In this document: in pieces, positions 50,705 through 63,908 of the stretch
Numbering within the stretch: the first letter of the stretch is position 1
Layout: each line of letters opens with the position of its first letter
Origin: Eledone cirrhosa
Taxonomy: Eukaryota
DNA length: 64,000 nt
Direction of reading: 5' to 3'
Assembly: GCA_964016885.1 (NCBI GenBank)
Contig: CAXHJY010000862.1
Span: 1-64,000 of the forward strand
The notes under the pieces: generated by a model
What the model saw: only the letters and a program-made list of their open reading frames with translations
Databases searched by the model: none
What the model was told of the DNA's origin: nothing
Position numbers and translations under genes: made by a program

Positions 50705-50856
50705 AAATTTGAAGACTAAATATATACGTATATATATATACACACACAGAAACAAAATGGCGTAGAATAGAAGAAAGGAAAGGCACAGAAAATAAATTGA
50801 AGTGCAAGCAACTGGTGCGTGTGTTTCTTATTGGCAACATGACCCTCCCAAAGTAT

Positions 50857-50905
<49 letters not shown>

Positions 50906-52448
50906 CGTATATATTTAGTCTTCAAATTTATTATTATTACTATATATATATTATTTCTTTGTGTGTTTCCTGTTGTTTCAGGATATGCCTGGTTTCTCAA
51001 AAGGACCAAAACTTGACAAACTTGGAATGCGTGGTTCGAATACCTGTGAATTGGTGTTTGAAGGTTGTAAAGTACCAGGTAAGGTAATCAACACACTCTA
51101 CTTGCAATTACTACTACTACCACTACTGCTGCTGCTGCTACTACTACCTAACTTATAATGAATATTTTCCCTGTTTCTAGTGGAGAACATGCTTGGTGCC
51201 AAAAATAAAGGAGTTTATGTTTTGATGAGTGGTTTGGATTATGAAAGACTGGTCTTAGCAGCTGGTCCTTTGGGGTGAGTTAAAACCCTTTTTATCTTGT
51301 GTCTAATTACCTGGTCTAACTTATGTCATTACCTGGTCTGTGACGTGTCTTATTACCTGGTCTGTGACGTGTCTTATTACCTGGTCTAAGATGTGTCTTA
51401 TCATGTGGTCTACAATGTGTCTAATTACCTGGGCTAAGATGTGTCTAATTACCTGGTCTAAGATGTGTCTTATCACCTGGTCTAAGACATGTCTTATTAC
51501 GTGGTCTAACAGGTGTTCTCTTATTACAGGTTAATGCAAGGCTGCTGTGATGTTGCATTTGAGTATGCCCACATCCGTGAACAGTTCAACACCAAAATTG
51601 GGCATTACCAGGCAAGTTGGGACAATTACACATCTAATTAGACACGACAACCCCCACCAACACCACTGACACCACTTCCACTACCACCACCACTGACAAC
51701 AACAACACTACCACCACCACCACTGACAACAACAACACTACCACCACCACTGACAACAACAACACTACCACCACCACAATCAACCCCACCAACACCAACA
51801 CCATCACCACAATCAACCCCAACACCAATACCACCACCACAATCAACCCCAACACCAACAACACCACCACTACAACCACCAACTACAATGCCATCACCAC
51901 CAACAACAACGACATCACCACCACCACTGACAAGACTACCAACAACAACACCACCACCACCAACCCCAACACCAATAACACCACCAACAACAACACCACA
52001 ATTACAACCACCACCAACAACCACCACCACCAACAACAACAACACCACCACCACAATCAACAACACCACCACCAACCCCCTTTCCTTCTTTTATCTTTTG
52101 CAGATGATCCAATCCAAGATGGCTGACATGTACTGTTCCCTAAATGTGTGTCGGTCGTATGTTTATAATGTTGCCAAAGCCCTAGACAGTGGCAAAAGAG
52201 CCCCTAATGTAAGTAGACCCTTTATATAGACAGTAATTTACTATTAATGTAATGTTGTCTCATCTACTGCCCTTCTGGCAAATGTAGAAAGAATTTGTTG
52301 GTAGTTTTGGTTATTATTGGTTGAACAAGAGTGGTGGATTGGCAGTAGAGCATAGAGTTTCGACCCTTTAGAGTGTCAGACAACCAGACAACATGATTTG
52401 TTCAAATCCCGCCGAGGTTAGCTTTGCCTTTCGTCCTTTTATATATAT

Positions 52449-52529
<81 letters not shown>

Positions 52530-52554
52530 GATGAAAGGCAAAGCTAACCTTGGT

Positions 52555-52598
<44 letters not shown>

Positions 52599-53694
52599 TG
52601 TATATGTATATATATATATATATATATACACACACATGTATATGTATATATATATATAGAGAGAGAGAGGTGAGAGATTTTTGGTCGGATACAACCGGTT
52701 TAAATGCTAAAGGGTTAATATTCAAAATTTGTAACTCAACAGTTCTAAAAATAGAGAATGATTTATTTCTTGTCTCAACAGGACTGTGCAGGTGCCATAT
52801 TGTATGTAGCTGAGGCAGCAACTAGAGTTGGTTTGGAGGCTATTCAAATCCTTGGTAAGTAGACTTCAATTTTGCTGTCTTGTAGACAGAAACTCAGTGG
52901 AAGCCTGTCAGAGGGATTGTACCTGTATTTCACACATTGTTGTGTTAAACCTCCCTCAGGTTTATGTCATGGGTAACCCACGTCTGTGGAATACTCAACC
53001 ACTTAGTGTGTTAATTTCATAATCATGTTGCCCCATTGATCAAACCAGATATAGGCCCTTAGCTCTCTTCTATTCTGTTATTAATTCTTTATTTCAGGAG
53101 GAAATGGCTCCATAAATGACTCCAATCCAATCCAGACCCATCTCACTCTTGTTGGAGGAACCCCTCCCTTGTTGACCTCCACAGCTTTCTGTTTGGTTTT
53201 GGTCATGTCTTCAGGGGTGTAGGCATTCATACGCTTGGCTAATTGTGGGTTGCTTAGGTTATTTAATTCATAGTTGACACTGAGGTGTTCATCCACCCCT
53301 TTTAAACAACTTTTGTTGTTTTATGCTGCTGGGGTTCCACTTACCCTCCTCACCTCACCTCATCAGACCAGGATCTGGTTGGGAAGCCGGTTTAGTCGCC
53401 AACCAGTCAACCATGAATCATAAAAGACTACCTCATTAAACCTGGTGGAGCCCCATTTTATATTCCATTCCATTCTGTTATTCAGGAGGAAATGGAAGAA
53501 TGATCGTCAAACAAAATGGAGGTCTATCACCCAATTCCATTCTATTATTCTCAATTTCAGGAGGAAATGGCTACATTAATGACTACCCTGTTGGAAGAAT
53601 GACTCGTGATGCGAAACTGTATGAGATTGGAGCCGGCACCAGTGAAGTGCGACGTCTTATCATTGCACGGTCTATCAATGCTTTCTATCGATGA
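43184..53694 (+). CDS. IVD: Isovaleryl-CoA dehydrogenase, mitochondrial (12 exons, 422 aa)
   Basis: Exons 43184-43324, 45285-45374, 46021-46072, 47942-48111, 48990-49083, 50020-50156, 50982-51078, 51181-51274, 51530-51611, 52104-52208, 52782-52854, 53561-53694 (1269 nt, phases consistent). Motifs [56 protein letters not shown] (IVD-type catalytic Glu), [13 protein letters not shown]; basic N-terminal presequence. Confidence 0.97.
46346..46448. mobile_element. Tc1/mariner-like MITE
   Basis: TA|CAGGATGTCCCCCAAAAATGTATACACACTT...AAGTGTATATACATTTTTGGGACAC..ACCCTG|TA. Confidence 0.7.
47682..47893. mobile_element. piggyBac-like MITE (IVD intron 3)
   Basis: TTAA|CCCTTTAGCATTTA...TAAATGCTAAACGG|TTAA; right-end fragments at ~52660-52718 and ~58228-58388. 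Confidence 0.8.
48316..48515. repeat. Fold-back (perfect ~55-bp arms) of an interspersed repeat, IVD intron 4
   Basis: AGTAGGACCCCGACGGCTGAGCTCAAGCCGTTTTGACGGCTAATTC...GAATTAGCCGTCAAAACGGCTTGAGCTCAGCCGTCGGGGTCCTACT; related sequence at ~54485-54585. Confidence 0.8.
48621..48847. repeat. Fold-back with ~90-bp arms, IVD intron 4
   Basis: TATAGTGAAAA...CGCCACTGATCAGCTCAAGG / CCTTGAGCTGATCAGTGGCG...TTTTCACTATA. Confidence 0.8.
49620..49950 (+). mobile_element. tRNA/CORE SINE with RTE-like tail (IVD intron 5)
   Basis: Collinear with 12775-13163. Confidence 0.85.
51298..51512. repeat. 20-bp minisatellite filling IVD intron 8
   Basis: Unit ~GTGTCTTATTACCTGGTCTAA, ~10 copies. Confidence 0.85.
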
Positions 53695-54031
53695 TTACCA
53701 AATATTGGTTATTTCTTAGTTCCTATCTTTGGTTTTTATGTTTTCTCTTTCTGTTTGTCAGTCAGACGAGATTTAACAACTGACCTCTAAATGTTATTAT
53801 TGAAGACTGTAGCTGCACAATTTGTTACAAGACAAACAAGCTCTTCCGCTCAACTGGTGAGGGGGAGTTAGTTTTCTGTTTTATTTACTAGGGGCTGTGT
53901 TGGTGGCTGGTTGAAGGTGGTGGGTGGGTGAGAGAGAACTTTGGTAATCTTAATCTTTGGCCCTGAATCAGCATGAAAAGATGCTGGAATAAACTTTGAG
54001 AAATTGCTAATATCTATAAACAGACAATCCA

Positions 54032-54037
54032 AATAAA
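54032..54037 (+). promoter_or_regulatory. Candidate IVD polyadenylation signal (AATAAA; alternatives near 53988 and 54069)
   Basis: AATAAA hexamers 300-380 nt downstream of the stop codon; usage not determinable from sequence. Confidence 0.35.
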
Positions 54038-54582
54038 CATTTACACTCCAGAAGAAAAGTTATATAAAAATAAAATGAAATATTGATTAAAATACAATTT
54101 TTAGTAATATTATGGAATTATGTATATTTATGTGAAGGCATGTAGCTTAGCAGTTAGAGTTGGATTCACAATCGTAAGGTTGCGAGTTCAATTCTCGGAC
54201 GATGATGCGTTGCGTCCTTAAGCAAGACACTTTATTTTCACGTTGCGACCAGTAGATAGTATCAGCAATGGAAAGACCAATGGAAACATTGTTTCCTTGG
54301 TCTGATTTGACAAGGTCCACCCCACTTGGCAAGTGAATGAGGTCTGAGATCTTGTCGCTTGATCAGTGATGTGTTTTTCTCTTCTTTTCTTATGTTCTTA
54401 CTATGTGGTTAAGTATTTGGCTTTGCAACCCTGCGGTATTGGTTGGTACCACTACAAATGCCCATTATATATATATATGTGATAGGGTGCCATAAACCAC
54501 CAGAGTACTCAATACTTGGGATAGTAGAGTAGGATCTAGCTGTTGAAACGGCCGGAGCTCAGCTGTCAGTCCTAAATCTTTT

Positions 54583-54660
<78 letters not shown>

Positions 54661-56334
54661 GCATAAGTACTCGTACAGTTTTATCTACATAGCATTCATC
54701 AACTGGAAGCTATGATAAAAAAAAACACTTTTGCCCAAAGTTTTACATAGTGGGTTCAAACCCATAGCCTCCAGGTTGCACAGCTAGCTTCTGAACCATT
54801 AAACCATTTTACCCTGCATGAAACCCTCATGATTTATTTAGTGATGGAAATAAGTTAACAAAAAAAAAGAAAGAACAGAAGAAAAAAATACCAACAAATT
54901 CTGAAATATTTATTTATTTATTTATTGCATTCATTCAATGAATTATTTACAGATGGATCATTTAACAAACCATGATTCAAAACACGGATCATTTTGTGTA
55001 TCAAACCATGGTTCAAACCATAAATCATTTATCAAACTATGGATCATTTCCTGTAAGAAACCATACTTCAAACTACAGATCATTTCATGTATCAAACCAT
55101 CGTTCAAATTAGTCGTTCATATTCCTTGACTCACACATATTGTTATTTTGTACAGTTTAGTCATTTATCCCTCCCAGGTAATGGAGAGAGGATTTTGTGT
55201 GGGGAAACTGTTGTGGCTGATTCTAGGACCTGAGCAGTGGGGTGGGGTCTGATAATGTATATAAAGCAAGTTTTGGTAAAAACAGGAGAAAGCTCTCTAC
55301 ATTCGTAGTTACAATGGAGATTCAGTAAAGAATAACATTAAGAAAGATGATGATGTTACATAAATGATTTATGTAACATCAGCATCTTTCTTAATGTTAT
55401 TCTTATATATGTGTCATCATCATCATCATCACCGTTTTACGTCCGTTCTTCCACGCTAGCATGGGTTAGACGGGTTGTCCTGTTGTGGGCAGTGTCTGGT
55501 CGGCTGACCATGCCTTGCTCATACAGGAACTGATCTGGCTTGATTTCTACAGCTGGATGCCCTTCCTAACACCAACCTCATTTACAGTGAGTGCTGGGTG
55601 CTTTTTCGTGGCGCCTACACGTCCACTTTACAGTGTGGGCTGGGTGCTTTTTTGCCGTGGCACCTCCACGACCACCTTGCGGTGGGGGGGGGGGCATATT
55701 GTTTATATGCTTCAGCATGTACCCATGGGAGGTCGGGTACCCTGTATTACTGCGTGACGCCAGAAGTCACGGTCGTGTGTCATTGACTTTGAGAGGTGTA
55801 GTTGGGTAAGGTCGGCTTTTATCACCTCATCCCAAGTCATCTTGGGTCTCCCCTGTGTGTGTATGTATATATATATGTGTGTGTGTGTGTTTGTATATAC
55901 ATTCGTAGACCTGCTACGAGAACCAGCACACAATAAACATGTCTCGTCTTTGTTCATTTTCTTCATAAGTCTCTGAGTATCACAAATATATATACATATG
56001 AAGGGCATCCAGCTGTAAAATACCTGGCCAAATTTACAATCCTTGTCGGAGCAAGGTACGGCTAGGTCAACTCTGGCCAGTCTTGCCTCCCAGTATGAAC
56101 GACCCATCTAACCCATGGAAAAATGGACACCAAACAGTTATGATGATATATACAAGAGAGAAAAAAATTTAGGTATGTATATGCATTTCCCCTTCCCACA
56201 CAAAAGACCCCAAAACATCCAACATATATGTTGAAGAGATTTAGATGGGTGAGAATATTGTTCTTTTGCCTTCGAAAAGCTTTGCAAATATGTTAGAGAT
56301 TTAGATAGCTATGGACATATGGCTGCCCCTTCTA

Positions 56335-56700
56335 CCTCAATAAACATAGAACATATATATAGAAGGATTAGATTTAAGTAGCTACAGGCTTGTACCTTAC
56401 CCAGATATAGAATACATATATAGAAGGATTAGATTAGGTAGCTACAGGTTTGTACCTTACCAACATATAGAATACTAGAATACATTTATAGAAGGATTAG
56501 ATTTAACTAGCTACAGGTTTGTACCTTATATAGATATAGAATACATATATAAAGGATTAGATTTAGATAGCTACAGGCTCGTACCTTATCTAGGTATGGC
56601 ATACATATGTAGAAGGATTAGATTTAGGTAGCTACAGGCTTGTACCTTACCCAGATATAGAATACATATATAGAAGGGGTTTGATTTAGATAGCTACAGA
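56335..56700. repeat. ~60-bp degenerate tandem repeat (probable cadherin 3' UTR)
   Basis: Recurrent TAGAAGGATTAGATTTAGGTAGCTACAGGCTTGTACCTTA, ~6 copies. Confidence 0.8.
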
Positions 56701-57250
56701 CATCTTACCTCACCCCACCAAAAAAAACTCAAACTTTACTGAATACAATGTTTCCTATCTTTGTTACAATCTCAGACATTTGTTGTTATTTTCTGAGGCT
56801 ATGTGTAGGGGATTTCTTTTGATTCCAGTTTATTTTATTGATCCCCAGAAAAATCAACTCCCTTCATGAATAATCAAAACAGAATTTGAATATATATTCA
56901 CCAAACTAAATATGGCATATTACTTAATCATGTGTTTTGCCTGAGTTCTTAACTGTTGATGGAGTTGTAGGGACACTGAATGTATGTATATATATATATA
57001 TAGATGTGTGTGTGTATGTATATATATATATGTGCCTGGGTGAAGGAGAGAAGTAGATATGGGTATAAACATTCTATGTACATAATCATGCCCGCATGAA
57101 AAAGATATATATACACACATACATACATATATATATATATTTGTGTGTGCATTTATATATATATATATATTTGTCTGTGTGCATTTATGCATATGTGTGT
57201 ATGTATATATATATATATATATAATGAACACTATGTCAATGTGTTGAATT

Positions 57251-59219
57251 TCAATCAAAGTTATAAGGAAGATCAAGCCAATGGCTTTTGATACCAAAAT
57301 TGAACCTTCGATCTTTGCCTTTAAATATTGATTCTTTCTTGTTAGTGTTGTTAGAGGCTGAGAGCATATCCAGTATCCTCAATGTCTGTTTACCTTTCTT
57401 CTTTTTAATATATTTACTGCACTTGTTAGTATCATCCCAGCTACTAATGTCTGGCCTTATATCTGTTAGTCCTGGCATAACACAAGCTGACGAGAAATAA
57501 TCCTCTTCTCTAGCAACGTGAAACACTGGATCAACATCTTCCACTTTAATCTCTCTTCCACTTCCAGCTATGGTTGGGTTCACACAACCAACTTCACCAT
57601 TACCAAGAGAGATATCCGCTGGAGATAAACCCATTCCGAAGCTATCTACATCAATTGTTATGTCTAGTTCCCCTCGGCTACCAATGTCGCCTTTGTCACC
57701 ATTTTCTGATCCTCGGCTCAAACTGATCTCGCTGCTGGAGATATTATCCCGGCTGCCAAGAGAGGTTCCAGATGTGCTGTTTGAACTACAATCATCAAAG
57801 GACACATTGACGCTACGGTTCGGGCCCGGTTTACGAGCTGTGTAAGCAACCAGAAATGCTGCTGTCATGGCTACAAGAAGGATGAGAAGTCCACCTATAA
57901 CAATGAAAAATATCACCATAGAAACGCTGCCTTCAGTCCATGAAAAACCACCTGCAGCTGGTATTTCTGGCATTTTTGCATTCTTGCGTATATCTTGTGA
58001 AGAAATGTCTTTGAAGTTTTTCTCATTCTGATCTACCAAAACCAACAAGGTACAGGATATGGACCTTCGGCGCTGGGAGATCTCTTCCGCCTGGAAAAAA
58101 AGAATGAACATCAGCACCATATATATTCATGTATAAGATGATCCGAATATAAGCTAAAACCCTGTTCAAAAATCCAAACCCTGCTATCAATCATTACTAT
58201 ATACACACCACATAATATATATATAGATACGGCTGGTTTGACCAGGAAAAGGTGAAAGAATTCTGGCCAGTTACGGCTGGTTTGACCAGGAAGAGGTGAG
58301 AGAATTCTGGTCAGTTACAGCTGGTTTGAATAAGAAGAGATGAGAGAATTCTGGCCAGTTACGACCGGTTTAAATGGTACAGGGTTAAACAAGATGTGAC
58401 TACTTACATTAATGGCTAGACTGACATTATGTATTCCTTGAATGTTTCGTAGTTGAGTTATTTGACCTGTCTGGGAGTTGATCCAGAAATACTTGGTGTA
58501 ACGTTGAGGCAGAACTATAGAATGATATAGTGGAGGAAGGATAGAGCAACATCATCAACAACACTGCAACAACCACCACCACAACAACCACAAGCACCAC
58601 CACCACAACCACAAACACCACCACTACAACAACAAACACCACCACCACAACTACAACTACACCTAAAACTACAAACATCAAAACCACACCTAAACCACAA
58701 CCAACACCACCACAACTACCAAAACAACCACAACATCAACTACAACGCCCAGAATCTAATAGAAGCCTTCACAAACCTTCTATAATGCTGTATAGTATGT
58801 TGTTTTTAAGGATATCTTTGTCTTCAGCTAGGATAGAACCTGGATACATCTGAAGAGTTCCCTGTGGAATATCAGAAATAAATAGAGAAAATTATAGAAA
58901 TACATAAAACCTTATCTTATTGTAGAATGTTGTGAGGTGCTAAAGTTTATGAAGAGGTTATTTATATATATATATATAATATATATCATATATATATATA
59001 TATCATATATATATATATATCATATATGTATATATATCATATATATAATATATCATATATATATATATAATATATCATATATATATATATAATATATATC
59101 GTATATATATATATATAATATATATCGTATATATATATATATAATATATATCGTATATATATGTATATATAATATATATCATATATATATATATCATATA
59201 TATATAATATATATCATAC

Positions 59220-59258
<39 letters not shown>

Positions 59259-62200
59259 CATATACATATATATATGTGTATGTATGTATGTCTATATATG
59301 TATGTATGTCTATATATATATGTCAGGTCACCACTTGGTGCTACTGGTAACATGTATTCCAGTACAACCTGTCCCATGGTCGTGTCGTTGGCGACTAAAC
59401 TGGCAACCCCACCAAGGTTTCTTGGTGAGGAGGGTGACTTTGGACATCCTGCAGGACTAAAACAAAACCTGTCAAAGGGCAAAGGAGCTCTTAAGAGTCA
59501 TCCAAAATCATCCAAAATCACCGGGAGAGATGACCCCTTAGCCTTTGTCAAGGCAGAATTCTAGGAGAAGGAAAACTCTGGTATCCAATGATGTTGACTT
59601 GTTCTTCTTTTTGGTAAATATCATCTTGGTTAAGAGAGTGGGACTGGCTTTGTGCAGTGCCTTTGCTCACTATAAACGCTTCACGGCACAGGCATTGCTT
59701 TATATCTGGAGATCTCTCTGCACTTGTCGTCACATGGTACCATGGGCCCAGCACTGTGTCAATAATTGTCACAAGTGTAGTGTTTGTACCAGAGTTTTCA
59801 AGTCGCTGGCTGGACTAAAAAGTCACACTCGTCAGCGCATCGGTAGGCATTCTTTTACATGGATATAAAGTAGTGGCCATACTCGAAAACAAGTTGGCAG
59901 CCACCATATGTATGTATATATAAGGAATAAGCAATATAACTGTACTTACTGTACTGTTGCTGGTTACATATGCAATATAGGCCGGGGTGATACAGAAGTT
60001 ATTTGCCAATGGACATTTGGGGTAGACGAAGGCTGGACCCTGGTCATCAGCATCTGTTATACGGATGGCTAAAGTCGTGAAGGCCACCCGGCTACTCGGA
60101 TAACCATTATCCTGAAGGAAGAAACAGAAGAGAAAGCTGTATTATAAAATAAGAGCTGTTTCTCAGTCTTTGCACATATATCAAGGACAGACACACCTGT
60201 GGAGGTGTATTGAGGTCAGACACACCTGTGGAGGTATATCAAGGACAGACACACCTGTGGAGGTATATCAAGGACAGACACACCTGTGGAGGTATATTGA
60301 GGTCAGACACACCTGTGGAGATGTATTGAGGTCAGACACACCTGTGGAGGTGTATTGAGGTCAGACACACCTGTGGAGGTATATTGAGGACAGACACGCC
60401 TGTGGAGATGTATTGAGGTCAGACACACCTGTGGAGGTGTATTGAGGTCAGACACACCTGTGGAGATGTATTGATGACAGACATACCTGTGGAGGTGTAA
60501 TGAGGTCAGACACACCTGTGGAGGTATATTGAGGACAGACACGCCTGTGGAGATGTATTGAGGTCAGACACGCCTGTGGAGGTGTATTGAGGTCAGACAC
60601 ACCTGTGGAGATGTATTGATGACAGACATACTTGTGGAGGTGTAATGTGGTCAGACACACTCGTGGAGGTATATTGAGGACAGACACGCCTGTGGAGATG
60701 TATTGAGGTCAGACACACCTGTGGAGGTGTATTGAGGACAGACACACCCGTGGAGGTGTATTGAGGTCAGACACACCTGTGGAGGTATATTAAGGACAGG
60801 TACTAACCTGTGGAGGTATATTGAGGACATACTAATCACAGACGCTCACCTGTGTAGATATATCAAGGACAGACACAGATACAATGAGGACAGACATACC
60901 TGTGCAGATATATAGAGTACAGACTAATGAGAAACACTCACCTGTACAGAGATATTGAGGACATATTGTGTTGAACCAGTTAACCACATCTGATCATAAT
61001 CAAGGAGTTGTGTAAGAATTATATCACGACCTTCGGCTGATAGAGAGAACTTCCCTCTTCCATCTACCTGTAAAGGTAAAAATATACAGGTGTTGAGTTA
61101 TTTGTTAATTAAGTTGAGGTCTGATGAGGGGCGGGGTAGGGGGTAAATTGAAGGGAAGGATTGGTATGTAGACAGGAAAGATGGGAGGAAGAGAGTGTTT
61201 GGGGTGGGTGAGGGCACGGGGGAACAGAGGGGGTGGGAGTTTCATTGTAAGGGTGGATTGTGGGGAAGGGGTGTGTGGAGGAAGGGAGGAGTGAAAGTAG
61301 GAAGGGTACCTCAGTCTCATTGTAAGGGTGGAGACGAAACAAGGCGATGCTCCCAGTTATGTCATCATCAATTGCTTTGTCGTTCAGTGTAAAAATAATA
61401 CTTCCAGGCATTGTTAACTGAAAAAATAGAAATATATATATATAATAATCTCCCGTTGGGTTGAGATGCAATTGGGCGATATTGGGCTGCGCTTTCTAGC
61501 AACCAGCCTACTTGCCGTAAGCAACTAATCACATTCTTTCTAACTTGACCACTGCCACGTCACGATTCTTAGCTATTTTTTAAATCTATTTCTGGCGCGA
61601 TCGCTTTGGAAAATTAACTGTCCAATTGAGTTTGTCTCCTGATGAGTTTGTTACACTAGATTCTTCCTTAATAATAGGATATCTCAAAATACGAACGAAA
61701 CCATGGTAGAGATGTAATTACGGTATGTACACATTTCTTCTAAGTTTAAATTTACACCTAATTGTGTATGGTTGACGGTATATTTAGTCAGTTTCTACAT
61801 GCTGTTGAAATGTTGGGTAAATACTCTATTGGGGTCAACCGCGAAGAGGCCGCTTTCGGTTATTTATCAAATATTTCTTCATAGGAGCCTTTATTCTTAT
61901 AGCCTGGTCTAATTGATTTTTTATACGGTTAATTATGGTAATTGGGAGAGGAAATGGTATATATTTTATCTAATAATTCTAAGTACATGATTTATGATAT
62001 ATATATATGTATATGAATATGTATATGTATATGAATATATATATATATATATATATGTATATAATAAGTATATGAATATATATATATATATATGTATATG
62101 AATATGTATATGAATGTGAATATGTATATGAATATGTATATATATGTATATGAATATATATATATATGTGTGTATGTATGTATGTGTATATATATACATA

Positions 62201-62555
62201 TATATGTGTGTGTGTGTGTATGTATGTGTATATATATATATATACACACCTCATTAATACATTAATAGAGAGGCATGTGTTATTCTATAGCAAGTTCTAT
62301 ACATACCTCATCAATGTCAGTGACATAAGAAGACAAGGTAAAATATGGCTGCTTTTCATTGACATCAGCGATAGCAACACTCTGCTTGTACTGAAATAGA
62401 GATATTGGAAACATCACTAATAACAATCAAGTTGGCAAATAATCATACACACAGATTATATATTTATATATGCTTTACGGTTCTTATATATTTGATATAT
62501 ATTTATCCTTATCGAGCCCTCTTTGGATTTTAGTCTTCAAATTTATTATTATTAC

Positions 62556-62624
<69 letters not shown>

Positions 62625-62827
62625 GTCTAACCCATGCTAGCGTGGAAGAACGGACGTAAAACGGTGATGATATGCATGTATGTAAAAGGTAAACAGAAAT
62701 AACAACACAATCAGTAGAGTATATGGAAGGAATATATTAGGTTAACACTTGAAATAGCAGGAAGAGGGTGTTAACGTTTCGGACGGTAGTCCTTCATCAC
62801 AAGAAAGAAAGAGAAATGTATATACAT

Positions 62828-62865
<38 letters not shown>

Positions 62866-63455
62866 TTATATATATGTATACATACACACATATAAATATA
62901 TATATGTATATATACACACACACATATTTATATATATATACATACACATATATATAAATATCTACATACACACGCACACACGTTTCGATATTATATCATC
63001 ATCATCATCATCATCGTTTAACAGAAGATGGACATTAAACGATGATGATGATATAATATCGAAACAAAGCCATCGGAAGATCTCCGACCGTTTTATACAA
63101 TATAAGTCCAGTAAGCTGGGTTGTCACATTGGTAAAAATAGGAGTAAGTAGGAGAAAGCTCTCTACATGCATAGTGTGTAGTTGCTATGGAGATATATTA
63201 TGTAAACACAGCATCTTTCTTAATGTTATTCATATATGTGTATGTATGTATGTAAAAGGTAAACAAAAATAACAAAACAAACGGCACAGTACATGGAAGA
63301 AATATGTTAGTTTAATACTTGAAATAACAGGAAAAAAGTCTCAACGTTTCGGACGGTAGTCTTTCATCAGAAAAAAGAATGAGAAATTAAAGAAGAAATA
63401 GAAAGATTGAGGCGACAGGCAGGGGGTCCATTGATTTTGCCATCTCTTGGAAAAC

Positions 63456-63495
<40 letters not shown>

Positions 63496-63808
63496 TATTA
63501 TATGTAGAGTCCCTCAAACCTGAACTGCCCTGCCTCCTGGCCACACAAGGTCTAAATGTGGTCCTGCCCTTCCAAGCAGAGAACATAGGGAAGTCTTACC
63601 GTGTGTGTCATTCCATCCTCTGTACAGTTGAGGGTGTACTTCAGAGATTCTATTATAGGTTCCTGTGGCAACAGAAAGAAAGAGAAAGTTGAAGAAAGTT
63701 CTATGAGATGAGGAACTTCTACAGAAACTTCAAGATCAGCGAGAAGAACATTTAGCAGAAGCAGAAGATTAGTATAGAATTTACTCCCTTTTCAACTATG
63801 TGTGTGTG

Positions 63809-63841
<33 letters not shown>

Positions 63842-63873
63842 ATGCTTGTATATATATATATATATATAAGTAA

Positions 63874-63908
<35 letters not shown>

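Noticed and set aside
51634-52075. Thr/Pro-rich mucin-like ORFs (also ~58550-58745 and ~45078-45250)
   Set aside because: (ACC/ACA/CAT)n intronic simple repeats within established gene models.
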